From NCBI GenBank assembly GCA_037447605.1, contig CM074812.1, positions 2,852,001 to 2,916,000 of the forward strand: 64,000 nt of DNA. Direction: 5' to 3'. Below, in pieces: positions 11,687-23,639 of the stretch; the stretch's first letter is position 1, and each line of letters starts with the position of its first letter. The position numbers and the translations under genes were made by a program. Under the pieces are notes generated by a model. The model saw only the letters and a list, made by a program, of their open reading frames with translations, made no database searches and was not told where the DNA came from. This stretch comes from Zygnema circumcarinatum SAG 698-1b (taxonomy: Eukaryota; Plantae; Zygnematophyceae).

Positions 11687-13540
11687 ACATGCTAGGCTAG
11701 GGGGAGGGAATGGGGCTGCCATCAGGGATAAAAGACTCTTGTTTCTTAGAACCCTGGACATTCTTAACTTGGTGGGCAGGCCTTTGGGAGTGCAAGATCT
11801 CTTTGTGTTTGATGTACTCCCTTCTTCCATTTCTCTTTCCCCTGCCACTGTAGTGACTCCTTCTGGGTTTATGGATGTAGTGATGAATGGTGATTGGCAT
11901 GTCTTTATCCTCAATGTCATGGGCGATGATGTTCTCATGCAATGTGCCATGGACTCTTTGCATGCAGTGGGAACATCTGCATGTGCTAGGCTCCATGTGC
12001 TGGATTCTCGGCACATGGCAGCTCGCACCTGCCAACGCACTTGGCAGTTGGTGGACAGTGGGGAAGGGCCATCTCGTTGGTGCAAGAGATGGAAGGATCC
12101 ACCAGCTTGCTGGTTGGCTCACCCTACACATTGGTGTGGAGGACGGCTCGTCCTCAACCCTCGCATATAGTGCGATCTATGTTCCATCTTGCCCATCGTG
12201 CCATGACCTTCATCGGGTCAGCCAATGGCCACCCAGCAGTTCTACTGCTAGATACTGGGGCAGATGCTAACTTTGTTAGTTCTGCGTTCACCCAGAGATT
12301 TGGGTTGACCACAGATCCCCATTCAGAAAGTGTTACTTTCGGGGATGGACGCAAGGGCCAGATCTCTGGTAGCGTCACACTCAAGATCAAGCTCCAATCC
12401 TACTCCGGGGCAGTCAAGTGTCTTCTAACACAACTGGCCCCTGGTACTGATGTTATTTTGGGGAGTGCTTGGTTAACCATGGTCAAAGCACAAATGGACT
12501 TTTCTGTCCCACATTGCATTCTGCACAGTGGTGACAGGCGGCTTACCCTGCACCCTGGCAGAGCCACATCCTCTGCTCTCAAGCAGCCTGCTACTCCTTA
12601 TCTCTGCTCGGCTATGCAATTGGCCAAGGCAGTTAAAGAGGGTTGCACCCTGTTCATGGTGCATGTCATGGCAGCCACTGAGGATGTTCATGACGAAGAT
12701 CAGGAATGGCAGATCACATCTACGGATGTGCTCTCGGCCGTTCCACCCAAAATCCAACCTTTGTTGGATGAGTTCAGGGATGTTTTCCCTGACGACCTTC
12801 CAAGAGGGTTGCCACCATCTAGAGGAGTGGGGCACACAATCCCTCTTGAGCCTGAGCAAAAGCCGCCTTGGCGGCCGATCTATCGGTTAAGCCCGAAAGA
12901 AACCGAGGAGATGCGAAAGCAGTTGGCAACTTTACGTGAAAAGGGCTGGATAGAACCCAGTCAAAGCCCCTTTGGGGCGCCCATCTTGTTTGTTGGGAAG
13001 AAAGATGGTTCGTTGAGGATGTGCATTGATTATCGCGCACTCAACAAGATCACCGTAAAGAACCGTTTTGCTTTACCACGTATTGATGATCTGTTGGATC
13101 GTCTTCACGGCGCCAGAGTGTTTACTTCACTCGATCTTGCTCAGGGGTACCATCAGATCCGTGTTACGGAAGCTGATGTGCCAAAAACTGCGTTCCGGAC
13201 GCCGATTGGTCATTTCCAATATAAGGTGTTGCCCTTTGGATTGACTAATGCTCCGGCGACTTTCCAGGCTGTGATGAACGAAATGTTCATCGGCATGGAC
13301 GAGTTTGTTTTGGTTTACCTCGATGATATCCTTGTCTTCAGTAAGACAGAGGAGGAACATCTTGAACACGTTCGGAAAGTGTTTGAGACCCTGAGGAAAC
13401 ACCAATTTTATGCCAAGAGGAAGAAGTGTCACTTCATGCAGCGCGAGTTGCTTTATCTTGGGCATATTCTCAATGATCAGGGTCTTCGACCTGATCCTGC
13501 CAAAGTTTCCGCGGTAGAAACTTGGGCGCCACCGACTGAC
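11644..13540 (+). pseudogene. pol: pol of gypsy B (extra N-terminal domain, protease, RT), one frameshift near 12050-12100
   Basis: LLDTGADANF (PR); [27 protein letters not shown] (RT). Confidence 0.9.
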
Positions 13541-13596
13541 NNNNNNNNNNNNNNNNNNNNNNNNNNNNNNNNNNNNNNNNNNNNNNNNNNNNNNNN

Positions 13597-14272
13597 CACG
13601 GGCGTCTCTCCATCATCAGCCGGCTCGCTCATCGCTGCCGCTGGCTCGGCTCCTTCATTTGCCGACGTGCTGGCACCCTGCACAGCACCACCCTTCTCTC
13701 CAACTGTTTCTCCCTCCTCGTACACGATCTCGAGGTCGGTCTTCGACGGAGGTAAGATCTGAGAGTCTGCAACACGCTCAACCACACTCTCTTCGTCAAC
13801 TGTAATGTCTCTCGTCTCGTCTCGTCTCCCCAAGGCTATGAACCTCTCCATCAATGCATCAAATCTGACCATATAAGCTTCTAGTTTCTCCTCTCAAGTC
13901 ATCTTCATCTTGCCTAGCTGAGTGTAAAGACTAACTATAGTCACATTGTCTTTCACATCATACATCTCCTCTAGACACTTCCACATAGCATGAGAGGTTT
14001 TCTTTTATCATACAAAGATAAGAGGTATGGACTTCCTCTTACGCCATAACACCGCGTCAGGGCTTTGTTGTCCTTGGCGCTACATCGTCTGGCGTACGTG
14101 GTGCCGACTCTTTGCTCGAGGCTCAACGGTAACTCGGCCTTGATGCTGCCATCAACGTACCCAAGCAACCCTTTGCCCACAAGCAAAGGCACCATCCTCC
14201 ATCTCCACGCTTTGTAATCCTGCCCATCGAACGCCGGTATGCTGAACTTGACGTGGTCCTCCGAGTCTCCAT
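13597..14272 (-). pseudogene. gag: copia gag N-terminal part
   Basis: With one frameshift reads M..SEDHVKFSIPAFDGQDYKAWRWRMVPLLVGKGLLGYVDGS, a typical copia gag N-terminus, just downstream of the PBS. Confidence 0.8.
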
Positions 14273-14289
14273 GAGCTCACGATACCACT

Positions 14290-15291
14290 TGTTGGAAGCG
14301 GACTCCTCCACTATTTGCGGCTTCTCCTCGCATCACCTTCCGCCGAGGAGTCGCGTTCCAATGCGATGATGACATTTCCCAAACTCACATTCACTCATGG
14401 CCCATTTTACTCACGAGTGAACCTCTCAGAATATACGCGGCGGAATAACAGAGAGAAAGGATAGGAGAAAGCTCTACAAACAAAACTCCTTAATAATAAT
14501 CTTATCAACACAAATGAGAGACCCCCTCTCAAATAGCCCAATAAACTCAAAAGCCCACTACCTCGCAGCACAAGCAAGTGTAATGTTCAGCAACACGAGC
14601 ATCAGCTTCTCAGAGTCTACAATAGCTACGTTGATAATCAGAAGTTAAAGATTTTCAACAAAACAAAACAACACACTATATACTATGTCACAACATCCGT
14701 GACACTACCATACAACGAAGCTCACAACATGACTGGCGGCACATGAAGCCTATCCCGATCCTCATCCTCGCGGCAGGTCGGATCGCAAATTAGGCTCACC
14801 GCAGTCCGATACGTTTCCTCCGTCCAGATCCGACTTCGGCCTCGCTAATCCACGTCTTGCGCGTAGGATCTGACCCGCCTCCAAGATTGATGGCCCAGCG
14901 TCCAAACTCGGCGTCGTCGCCGCCACCGACATCTGGCGCGCTCCGTACAATGATGAATGCGTAGCCGGAGCATTTGGCGCGCGCCAGCGTCAAGTCAATC
15001 GTTCAATCAGGTTGGCGCGCGCCCAGCCTCTTCAGCGTCACTTCCGATTCAGCCAGCGCGCAGGTGTCAGCGTCGCGCCACATCTTCAATTAAGCTCAGC
15101 GGCCGCGTCAGCGCCCGTCCTTTGATTTGTTAGCGTGGCGCTGTCGCCATCTCCGTCAGCGCAGCGCCCTCTTCCCTGACCAAATGTCCGTACGCGCCTA
15201 CTAACCCAGCGCGCACGCATAAAGGAAACACACAACACAAACACACAAAACTAATGTTCCAACAAAACATGCTAACTATCATACACTAACA
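14290..15291 (-). repeat. 5' LTR of the copia element (about 1.0 kb)
   Basis: TG...CA termini on both strands. PBS adjacent at 14275-14287 and TSD adjacent at 15292. Confidence 0.92.
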
Positions 15292-15996
15292 GCGCCCACT
15301 TGGAAGGGAGGAGGCCTTTGAAGGGGAGGGGCAAGCGCCATGGAGCGGGGAGAGGGAGGCGGCGGAGGAGGGAGGGAGGAGGAGGAAGGGACGAAGTGGC
15401 GGGTGCTTCGAGGGGTTTTTCTTTGCGTCCACGTCCTCGGAGGTGAGGTTGAGGGCGAAGGGGAGGTTTTGCGTTGGTGGGGTGTTGGGGGAGGGAGGGG
15501 TTACGGCATGTGTGAGTGAGGGAGGCAGTGTAACCAGCTTACTTATGTAGCTCGCGAATTCTCTGCCTTTTCTGCTGCTGCAGCTCTTGCTGCATTTCTT
15601 CCTACCAAAGAAATGTGAAAAACCGAAAAATAATGATTGGTGGAGGAGGAGGAGGAAGGAGGAAGGAAGGAGAAGGAACATGGAGTGTGGTGAAAGGGAC
15701 AATGGTGGAAGAGCGATGGAAGAAAGAAGCGAGGGGTGTTGAGGAAGGAGGAGGAGGAGCGAGGGTGTTGAGGGAGGCTACCCCAACTAACAAGTCAAGA
15801 TCACGATCAGTCTGTAATGGGTGTTCATTACGGCCCGATCTGGCAGAGTCCACGTCACATTAGTCTGTCAATTAGGGGTCAGTGGGTGTCACCGCGGTCA
15901 GTCGGCCAGTCAATCAGTCAGTTAGGTTGTCCGTCCATAGTCAGTCAGTCAGTCAGCCAGCCAGTCAGTCAGTTAGGTTGTCCGTCCATAGTCAGT

Positions 15997-16145
15997 CAGT
16001 CCTCTGGACTTAAAAGAATACAGTCCTCTGGACTTAAAAGAATACAGTCCTCTGGACTTAAAAGATACAGTCCTCTGGACTTAAAAGATACAGTCCTCTG
16101 GACTTTAAAGATACAGTCCTCTGGACTTAAAAGATACAGTCCTCT
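15997..16145. repeat. 23-24 bp tandem array CAGTCCTCTGGACTTAAAAGATA (left part)
   Basis: About 6.5 head-to-tail units without spacers, ending exactly at the gypsy C LTR. Confidence 0.95.
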
Positions 16146-16890
16146 TGTAGCGAAACGCTACAGTCACCCACGGGAGGTGTACTTAGGGCGCGCTCCGTCC
16201 TAGTACTCTCACCCCGGGCGCGGGCCGAGTGGCCAAGGCGTCGGGGACCACCTAGGACCAGGAAGGGTCCTGGGATCGAACCTTGCGAAGGTTGCAAGGG
16301 TTCGATGCGGCGCGGTATACTGAGACATATATGTATCGCGTCGCCGATGTGGTCGAGGGATCACGGAATCCCGACCACATCTTCCTTACGTTTTGGAACG
16401 TAACCGTCGTCCGTACAATTACGGGTCACCGTTGGTACGGACGAGCTGACAGTCGAACCCCGCGCCGCGCGCGTAGGATCCGACCGTGCACTGACGTACG
16501 GCGGCGCGCCGCGTCGCGGCGCGCGCCGCGGAATGCGGTGAGCGTTCGTACGTTGTACACCTCTGACCCATTCGGGTCAGAGAGGGACACGTGGCAGTCT
16601 GCCATTGGACAGCCCTGCTTCCAATCCTCCATGCTGGTAGGAGGTTCGACGGGGGAAGCGTAAAGGGGCGTGGGTGACTGTCGTCACCCAACCAACGTAC
16701 CGGCATTCGGTTGCACCCCTGCTCGGGGCTGCGCCACCCTCTGAAGTTCTGTCTCTCGCTCCTGCCCTCTCTCGCTGGACTCGGGGTGCTGGTGTGTGAT
16801 TCCGCGCAGACTGAAGGAGTTAGATTTCAGTCGTTACATTGGTATCAGAGCCGCGTTGCGGCCTCCCTCTTTTAGGAGGGCCTGTTGGTC

Positions 16891-18419
16891 ATGGTGACCA
16901 CTCGCCGGGCCGGAGGGGACCCGGGGCCCTCTGGGCCGCCACCTCCACCACATGTCCCTCGAGACGAGGTGATGGAGGAGAACTCGGAGACTGCGGCCAC
17001 CCCCACGGAGGGGCCCAGTCCCGAGCCCACGGATGACCAAGGTCATCCGGTGACTGCTGCCCTCTTCCCCGCGCCACCGGAGCCGCTGGCTCCGGCAGAA
17101 TCCGCCGATCCCATGATCGGGGCCCACATTACTGTGGGCGCGTCCTTGAAGATGAAGAAGAGGATCGAAGATCTGGGGAAGGATGTGACGCAGCAGCGCG
17201 TCGCCACCATGGCCTGTACGAGGCAGGTGGACGACATGGAGCTCACGGTCCGCCGCTTGGTGGACACGCTCCAAATGGAGTTCCGGGGCCTTTCGGACAG
17301 GCTCCGGAGGATCGAGGAAGGTATGCCCCGAACCCCCCCTCAGGCTGTAGAGGCAGTGGATGCAGCAGGTCCTGGGGAAGGGGTTAGGCAAACCACTCCG
17401 GTAGCGTCGTCTGTCCCGACGCCCCAACCGGCTGCCGGAAGCAGCCGGCAGAAGTCCGGACCCCCTGGTTTTTCCACGGGGGGGAGTCACCCCCACGGGG
17501 GTGGCGAACCACCCAGCAGTGGGGGACCCCCGTCGGGGGCAGCTGCTGGGGGCGGAGGAGATCCCAGTCCTCGGACTGCTCCTCCGCAACCTACTGAGGA
17601 TGCCCGACGGAATCGGGCCAAGGTGGCCCCGCTTTCCTTTTGGGGCGAACATCCTAACAGTTGCTCGATTGAGCGGTGGTTGGAATCCAAACGAAGGGCT
17701 GCCTTCGGCCAACTGTCCCCACTCCGGTGGGTAAGCACTGCTTACCCAGCACTTCGAAGGAGCATACGGTATTGTATGAGGGCACCGCTGATGAGTGGGG
17801 GCGGTGGGATAAATTCGAGATGAACTTATCAAACACTTACTAAGGGCCTTGGATCGGCTTGGAGGCGGGATGAAGTTCAGAACATGGTCCAAACCGGCAG
17901 CGTCAAGCAGTTTCTGCGAGACCTGCGACAAGTGGTGCCTCAGATCACCACTCACAAGCCTGGACAGGCTGAGTTCTTTTTCCACTTCAGGAATGGCTTG
18001 AAGCCACACACGAGCGACTAAGAACTAACCCGCGGACCTACTGGCCGTGGGACCCCGCTATTTCACGAGTTTGTACTTTGATCACGTATTGATTGGACAC
18101 ACCGCCCACGCAGGCGTCACGAGGCACTTCGACCCCAGCGGGGAGAGGTCGGGCGGCGTGACAGGGTGTTCGTGGAAGAGGCGGGACCCTCCAGCGCACA
18201 CCTGCCGAGGATGAGGAAAAAGAACAGCGGGAAGCGGCGAGGAGGTGGCTGCCGCCCACTTAACTGCGACGTGAGTTGACTCGAGGGAAATGGAAGATGC
18301 AGCGGGAAAACAAATGTTTCCGTTGTAGGAAGGAGGGTCACAAGGCCCGTGATTGTCCTTTAAACACCAAGGACAGGAAGGGCAAGGGGCCGGAAAACCC
18401 CAACCCACCAGCAGCTTAG
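16891..18419 (+). pseudogene. gag: gag of gypsy C (frameshifted)
   Basis: MVTTRRAGGDPGPSG start, near-identical to B; nucleotide sequence for the CFRCRKEGHKARDC knuckle at about 18314-18355; TAG at 18417-18419. Confidence 0.85.
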
Positions 18420-18435
18420 GAGTCGTTGCTGGTGG
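18392..18435 (+). promoter_or_regulatory. Predicted -1 frameshift signal of gypsy C
   Basis: GGAAAAC at 18392-18398 plus the same 11-bp stem as in B; only a loop base differs. Confidence 0.75.
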
Positions 18436-21400
18436 GGAGGATAGGCTGGGGAATAAGGGAGAAGTGGCTGCCATCAAGGTTAGGAAATTGTTGTTCCTTC
18501 GGCCTCTGGATATTGTGAAATTGATGGGCAGACCTTTCGGAGTGCATGACTTGTTTGTTTGTAATGCGCTTCCGGATTCCATTCCTCTATCCCCTGCCAC
18601 TGTGGTGACTCCTTCTAAATTCATGGGTGTAGTGATGCATGGTCAATGGCATGTCTTTATCCTCAATGTAATGGGCGATGATGTCTTGGTGGAATGTGCC
18701 ATGGATGCTTTGCATGTCATGCGGGACACATCCCACATCCTTGGGCTGCATGTGCTGGTTCCTCAGCACATGGCAGTTCGCACCTTTCCCAACGCCACTT
18801 GGCGGTTGGTGAAACAGTTGAGGAAAGGGCACACGTTGGTGCAAGAGATGGAAGGATCCCCCAGCTTGCTGGTTGGCTCACCCTACACCTTGGTGTGGAG
18901 GTAGCTGCGTCCTCAACAGCAGCATATATAGTCGATCATGTTCCACCTTGCCCGTAGTGCCATGACCTTCATCGGGTCAGCCAATGGCCACCCAGCAGTT
19001 CTACTGCTAGATACTGGGGCAGATGCTAACTTTGTTAGTTCTACATTCACCCAGCGGTTTAAGTTGACCACAGATCCCCAATCAGAAAGTGTTACTTTAG
19101 GGGATGGGCCTTAAGGCAGATCTCTGGTAGCGTCGCGCTCAGATCAGCTCCAATCTACTCCGGGGCGATCCAAATTGTCTTCTAACACAAGCTGGCCCCA
19201 GTGCTGATGTTATTTTGGGGAGTGCTTGGTTAACCATGGTCAAGGCACAAATGGACTTTTCTGTCCCACATTGCATTCTGCACAGTGGTGACAGGCGGCT
19301 TACCCTGCACCCTGGCAGAGCCACATCCGCTGCTATCAAGCAGCCTGCTACTCCTTATCTCTGCTCAGCTATGCAATTGGCCAAAGCAGTTAAGGAAGGT
19401 TGCACCTTGTTCATGGTGCATGTCATGGCAGCCACTGAGGATGTTCATGACGAAGATCAGGAATGGCAGATCACATCTACGGATGTGCTCTCGGCCGTTC
19501 CACCCAAAATCCAACCTTTGTTGGATGAGTTCAGGGATGTTTTCCCTGACGACCTTCCAAGAGGGTTGCCACCATCTAGAGGAGTGGGGCACACAATCCC
19601 TCTTGAGCCTGAGCAAAAGCCGCCTTGGCGGCCGATCTATCGGTTAAGCCCGAAAGAAACCGAGGAGATGCGAAAGCAGTTGGCAACTTTACGTGAAAAG
19701 GGCTGGATAGAACCCAGTCAGAGCCCCTTTGGGGCGCCCATCTTGTTTGTTGGGAAGAAAGATGGCTCGTTGAGGATGTGCAAAAATAATGAAAAGATAA
19801 ATGAGCATTGATTATCGTGCACTCAACAAGATCACCGTAAGAGAATCGGTTTTGCTTTACAGCGTGCTCGATGATACATTTGGATCGTCTTCCGCGACGC
19901 GAGTGTTTACTTCACTTTCGATCTTGCTTTCGAGAGGTACCATCAAATCCAGCGTCGCGGGTGATGGCCGCCAAAAGCACTGCGTTCGGACGCCCGATTG
20001 GTCATTTCAATATAAGGTGTTGCCCTTTGGATTGACTAGTAATAAACCTTCCTGACTGTCATGAACGAGATGTTTATCGGCGTGGACGAGTTTGTTTTGG
20101 TTTACTTCGATGATATCCTTGTCTTCAGTAAGACGGAGGAGGACAATCTTGAACATGTTCGGAAAGTGTTTGAGACCCTGAGGAAACACCAGTTTTATGC
20201 CAAGAGGAAGAAGTGTCACTTCATGCAACGTGAGTTGCTTTATCTTGGGCATATCTTGAATGATCAGGGCCTTCGGCCTGATCCTGCCAAAGTTTCAGCG
20301 GTAGAAACTTGGTAGCGGCCCGACTTGCACGGTTAGGGTCTTTTTTACGGGCTTTGCGAATTATTTTAGTACTAGAGGTTCATCCAAGGGTTTTAGTAAA
20401 TTGGTTTACTCCCTTGACTAATTTGATACGTTCCGGTGTCCCCTTTTCATGGACCCCTGAATGCCAGGATGCATTCGAAGGTGTGCGCCATGCCCTTGTT
20501 ACCGCACCCACTCTCCGTTTAGCGGACCCGTCCAAGCCTTATGAAGTGGTTTGTGATGCTTCGGGATTCGCCTTGGGTGCCGTCTTGTTTCAAGATGGCC
20601 AACCTTTAGCGTATGAAAGCCGCAAAATGAATCCCGCTGAGCGCAACTATTCTGCAACAGAACAGGAACTGCTTGCAGTGGTCCACGCCCTGAGGACATG
20701 GCGGTGCTATTTAGAGGCGGCGGTCCGCGGCCGGTGGCTGACCACGCCCGGCGGCGTTCTCTCAACTGACAGACCTTGTCTGGGGCGGCGAGCAAGCTGA
20801 TGCGAGTTCCTCAGAACGGCTGCCCGGTGGGTTATACGGCCGGAAGGCTGAACAGCGAACCAGCTGAGTAAGCGGGCATCTTGCACGGATGAATGGCTGT
20901 CGACTCGAGTGTTGGTGGAACGAGATGACAGAGGTGAGGGGCCGGCCAACCCCGAGTCTCCGTCTCCAGTATGCTTTGTCATAGATCCCTCCACCAGTGA
21001 CGCAGTCAACCCTCCTGCTCTCTCTGATCTCAGACAGATGATCCAGGAGGGGTATACTGGTGATCCTTTGTTCCTGGATGGCCAAGGAAATGGCTATAAG
21101 GACAAAGTGGTGTCTAAGGACGGATTCTGGTACCACGGCCAGCAGTTGGTCGTGCCCAAGGCCGGGACTGTACGGCAGCTCATTCTGAGTGAGCTCCATG
21201 ATCCTCCGTACCGAGGTCACATGGGAGTTGCCAAAACCCGTGAGGCACTGCTCCGAGAGTTCTGGTGGCCTGGACTCTCGAGGGATGTGAAAGCGTATGT
21301 ACTCGCTTGTCCAACTTGTCAACGAAACAAACCCCGCACTGGCAGGATCCCTGGCCACTGCAACCCCTCACACCTCCTTTTCGGAAATGGGATAGTGTGG

Positions 21401-21930
21401 GTATGGACTTGATCACAGATCTTCCTGTGACACCTCGGTGGCATGACTCCATCCTCGTCTTTGTCGATAGGCTCAGCAAGATGGTGCATTTTGCACCAAC
21501 TACTAAGACCGCTGGGGCAGACGAGATTGCACGGTTGTATGTTGACAAAGTGTGGAGCCAGCATGGTCTTCAGTCAGAAATTGTGTCTGACCGTGATCCA
21601 CGATTCACCGGCCATTTCTGGACGGAAGTGCTCAAAATCGTGGGGACCAGGCAGGCGTTGAGTACAGCTTTCCACCCGCAAACCGATGGCCAGACGGAAC
21701 GGGTGAACAGGATCCTGGAGGATTACCTCCGGCATTATGTGGGACCTACCCCGGATGGGTGGGATGAACTGCTCCCAGTGGCTGAGTACGCCATCAATAA
21801 TGCTTACCAGGAGTCCATTGGTACCACCCCTTTCTTCTTGAACTTTGGCCAGCATCCTCTAAATCCCCTACAACCAAGGGATCAGCCCCCTGATCCGTGG
21901 AACATGGGCGTCCACAGAACCCCCGACCCT
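18393..21930 (+). pseudogene. pol: pol of gypsy C, many frameshifts and stops
   Basis: PR (sequence for LLDTGADANF near 19005-19030); RT YFDDILVFS; RH VVCDASGFALGAVL; IN FVDRLSKMVHF and HPQTDGQTERVN. Confidence 0.9.
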
Positions 21931-22011
21931 GGACTTAAAAGATACAGTCCTCTGGACTTAAAAGATACAGTCCTCTGGACTTTAAAGATACAGTCCTCTG
22001 GACTTAAAAGA
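21931..22011. repeat. 23-bp tandem array (right part)
   Basis: About 3.5 units of the same repeat as 15997-16145. Confidence 0.95.
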
Positions 22012-22132
22012 GAAATCGCTGGACATTTTGAAATCCTGGACATGTGGAAATTTGGACATTTGGAAGTTTTCGAAATAACCAAAAAAAAAAAAAAAATAAA
22101 CATGATAAAAATGACATCATGATGTACATAAC

Positions 22133-22377
22133 GTTCGTACTTACGCTTCACTTATGTGTTGTATAGCAAATAACCATGGACAGATTTCGGAAGGACCCGG
22201 TGCTGGAGATGGCGATGTTCGAAAAAATCGAAAAAAATTTGGAAACATAAGATCGTGATGAAAAAAGGTTCGTACTTACGCTCACACTCATGTATTGTAT
22301 AGCAAATAACCATGGACAGATTTCGGAAGGACCCGGTCCTGGAGATGACGATGTTCAAAAAAATCAAAAAAATTTCG
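22133..22377. repeat. About 135-bp tandem duplication
   Basis: GTTCGTACTTACGCT...GGACAGATTTCGGAAGGACCCGG...AAAAAAATTT starts at 22133 and again at 22268; runs into the gap at 22378-22387. Confidence 0.85.
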
Positions 22378-22800
22378 NNNNNNNNNNATTACAACAACTT
22401 TTTCAAACAACAAAAAAAAAAAAACCCTCTCAATATTACAACATAAGGCCAAATGTTGTAATATTTAGATTGTTTTTTTTTTAAAACCACACACAAACTG
22501 CGAAAACAGAATGTGGCCACATTCTGTCGTAGCAGTTTGTGTGTGGTTTTTTTTTGGTTTTTTTCCCATTTTAGGGCTACGTGGCCACACCTGATTGGAT
22601 AACAAACATCCAAAAACACACTACAGAACCAACGTGGCAATTTCTGACTGGATAAGAAGTATAACTAATTCCGTTCGTGCTAACCAATAGGAATGCACCA
22701 CGTGGCCACTTTAAACACGCTACGCTACCCTTTAAATACCCTATTTCCAACAATACGTCCCGTAAAACATCATAACCACAAACTGTCGTACATAGAAAAC

Positions 22801-23360
22801 GACACGTGGCAATCACAGAATCGGTACGAGATATACCACATTTTCTACGCATTAAATCCGACGAAACACACAACCAATCATGACGCGCGACGTGGCAACG
22901 TCAGACTCGCGGAAACTATACCCCATTTTCATTAAATTCATCATTCACAACCTAACCGAATCCGTACACCACATAAAACATCAAAATCGAACGCCGTCGC
23001 ACGAAGTATCGACACGTGGCAATGACAGAATGGGAACGCAATATACCCCATTTTCTGCGCATTCGATCCAACGAAACGCACAACCAATCAGGACGCGCGA
23101 CGTGGCAACGTCAGACTCGCGGCAACTATACCCCATTTTCATTAAATTCATCATTCACAACCTAACCGAATCCGTACACCACATAAAACATCAAAATCGA
23201 ACGCCGCGGTACGTACAAAACGACACGAGGAAATGACACAATAAGTACGCAATATACCCCATTTTCTGCGCATTCGATCCAACAAAATGCAACCAATCAG
23301 GACGCGCGACGTGGCAACGTCAGACTCGAGGCAACTATACCCCATTTTCATTACATTAAT
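22801..23360. repeat. About 210-bp tandem repeat, about 2.7 copies, ACGTGGC/CCAAT-rich
   Basis: Units begin GACACGTGGC/GACACGAGG at 22801, 23011 and about 23222. Confidence 0.9.
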
Positions 23361-23424
23361 CTTTAATAAATCGAACCCGTCGTACGGATCAAAACGACCG
23401 CAAAGCTTTTGCCTACGGCAACGC

Positions 23425-23639
23425 AAAAAAATTCAGGGAGGCGGGATGCAGTATTCAAAATGCAGTGACGGGGTATCATTTTCCTTGGTTAGCAAAAATA
23501 AAATCAGCCGACGGTAGAAGGTGGGTATCGATTCCAAAAAGGTGTTAAAAAAGCATTTTCCGTTTTTAATCCCTTTGGAAATCTGCCCGGCCGGGAAGGG
23601 GTGTTTGGATCCAAAAAAGGGGTGGAAATATCACTACCC
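23425..23639. mobile_element. Single right TIR of the element family at 50883-51839
   Basis: Near-identical to about 51625-51839 and ends ...GGAAATATCACTACCC. No left TIR was found. Confidence 0.8.

Larger units (their letters stand above)
9412..13540 (+). mobile_element. Ty3/gypsy element B inserted antisense into the copia RT; 3' half lost in gap
   Basis: LTR starts TGTAGCGAAACGCTACAGTCACCC, identical to element C. Noisy LTR end and PBS at about 10115-10140. gag from 10179, pol to 13540. Confidence 0.9.
6968..15291 (-). mobile_element. Ty1/copia LTR retrotransposon with nested insertions; middle part hidden by gap 13541-13596
   Basis: Matching LTRs 14290-15291 (5') and 6968-8704 (3', interrupted). 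Perfect 5-bp TSD GCGCC at 6963-6967 and 15292-15296. PBS-like TGGTATCGTGAGC at 14275-14287, PPT AAAGAGGGGGAT at 8705-8716 (minus strand), copia gag and RT/RH remnants. Confidence 0.93.
16146..21930 (+). mobile_element. Ty3/gypsy element C (same family as B), 3'-truncated within integrase
   Basis: 5' LTR 16146-16838 (TGTAGCG...GTTACA); PBS TGGTATCAGAGCC at 16840-16852; gag from 16891, then pol with PR, RT, RH and IN. Joins the 23-bp array directly at 21931 with no chromodomain, PPT or 3' LTR. Confidence 0.92.

Noticed and set aside
14275-14287. Non-canonical copia PBS (TGGTATCGTGAGC) implying a novel primer tRNA
   Set aside because: It is close to the iMet consensus TGGTATCAGAGC, and the surrounding sequence has indel noise; one copy cannot distinguish mutation or error from a real difference.
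15997-16145. 23-bp repeats with an internal mini-palindrome (GTCC-TCT-GGAC) resembling a CRISPR array
   Set aside because: Units are head-to-tail with no unique spacers, no cas genes are present, and the context is eukaryotic.
9412-16838. LTRs at 9412 and 16146 as the two LTRs of one element
   Set aside because: Each is followed by its own PBS region and gag, and the copia 5' LTR and TSD lie between them, so they are two separate 5' LTRs.
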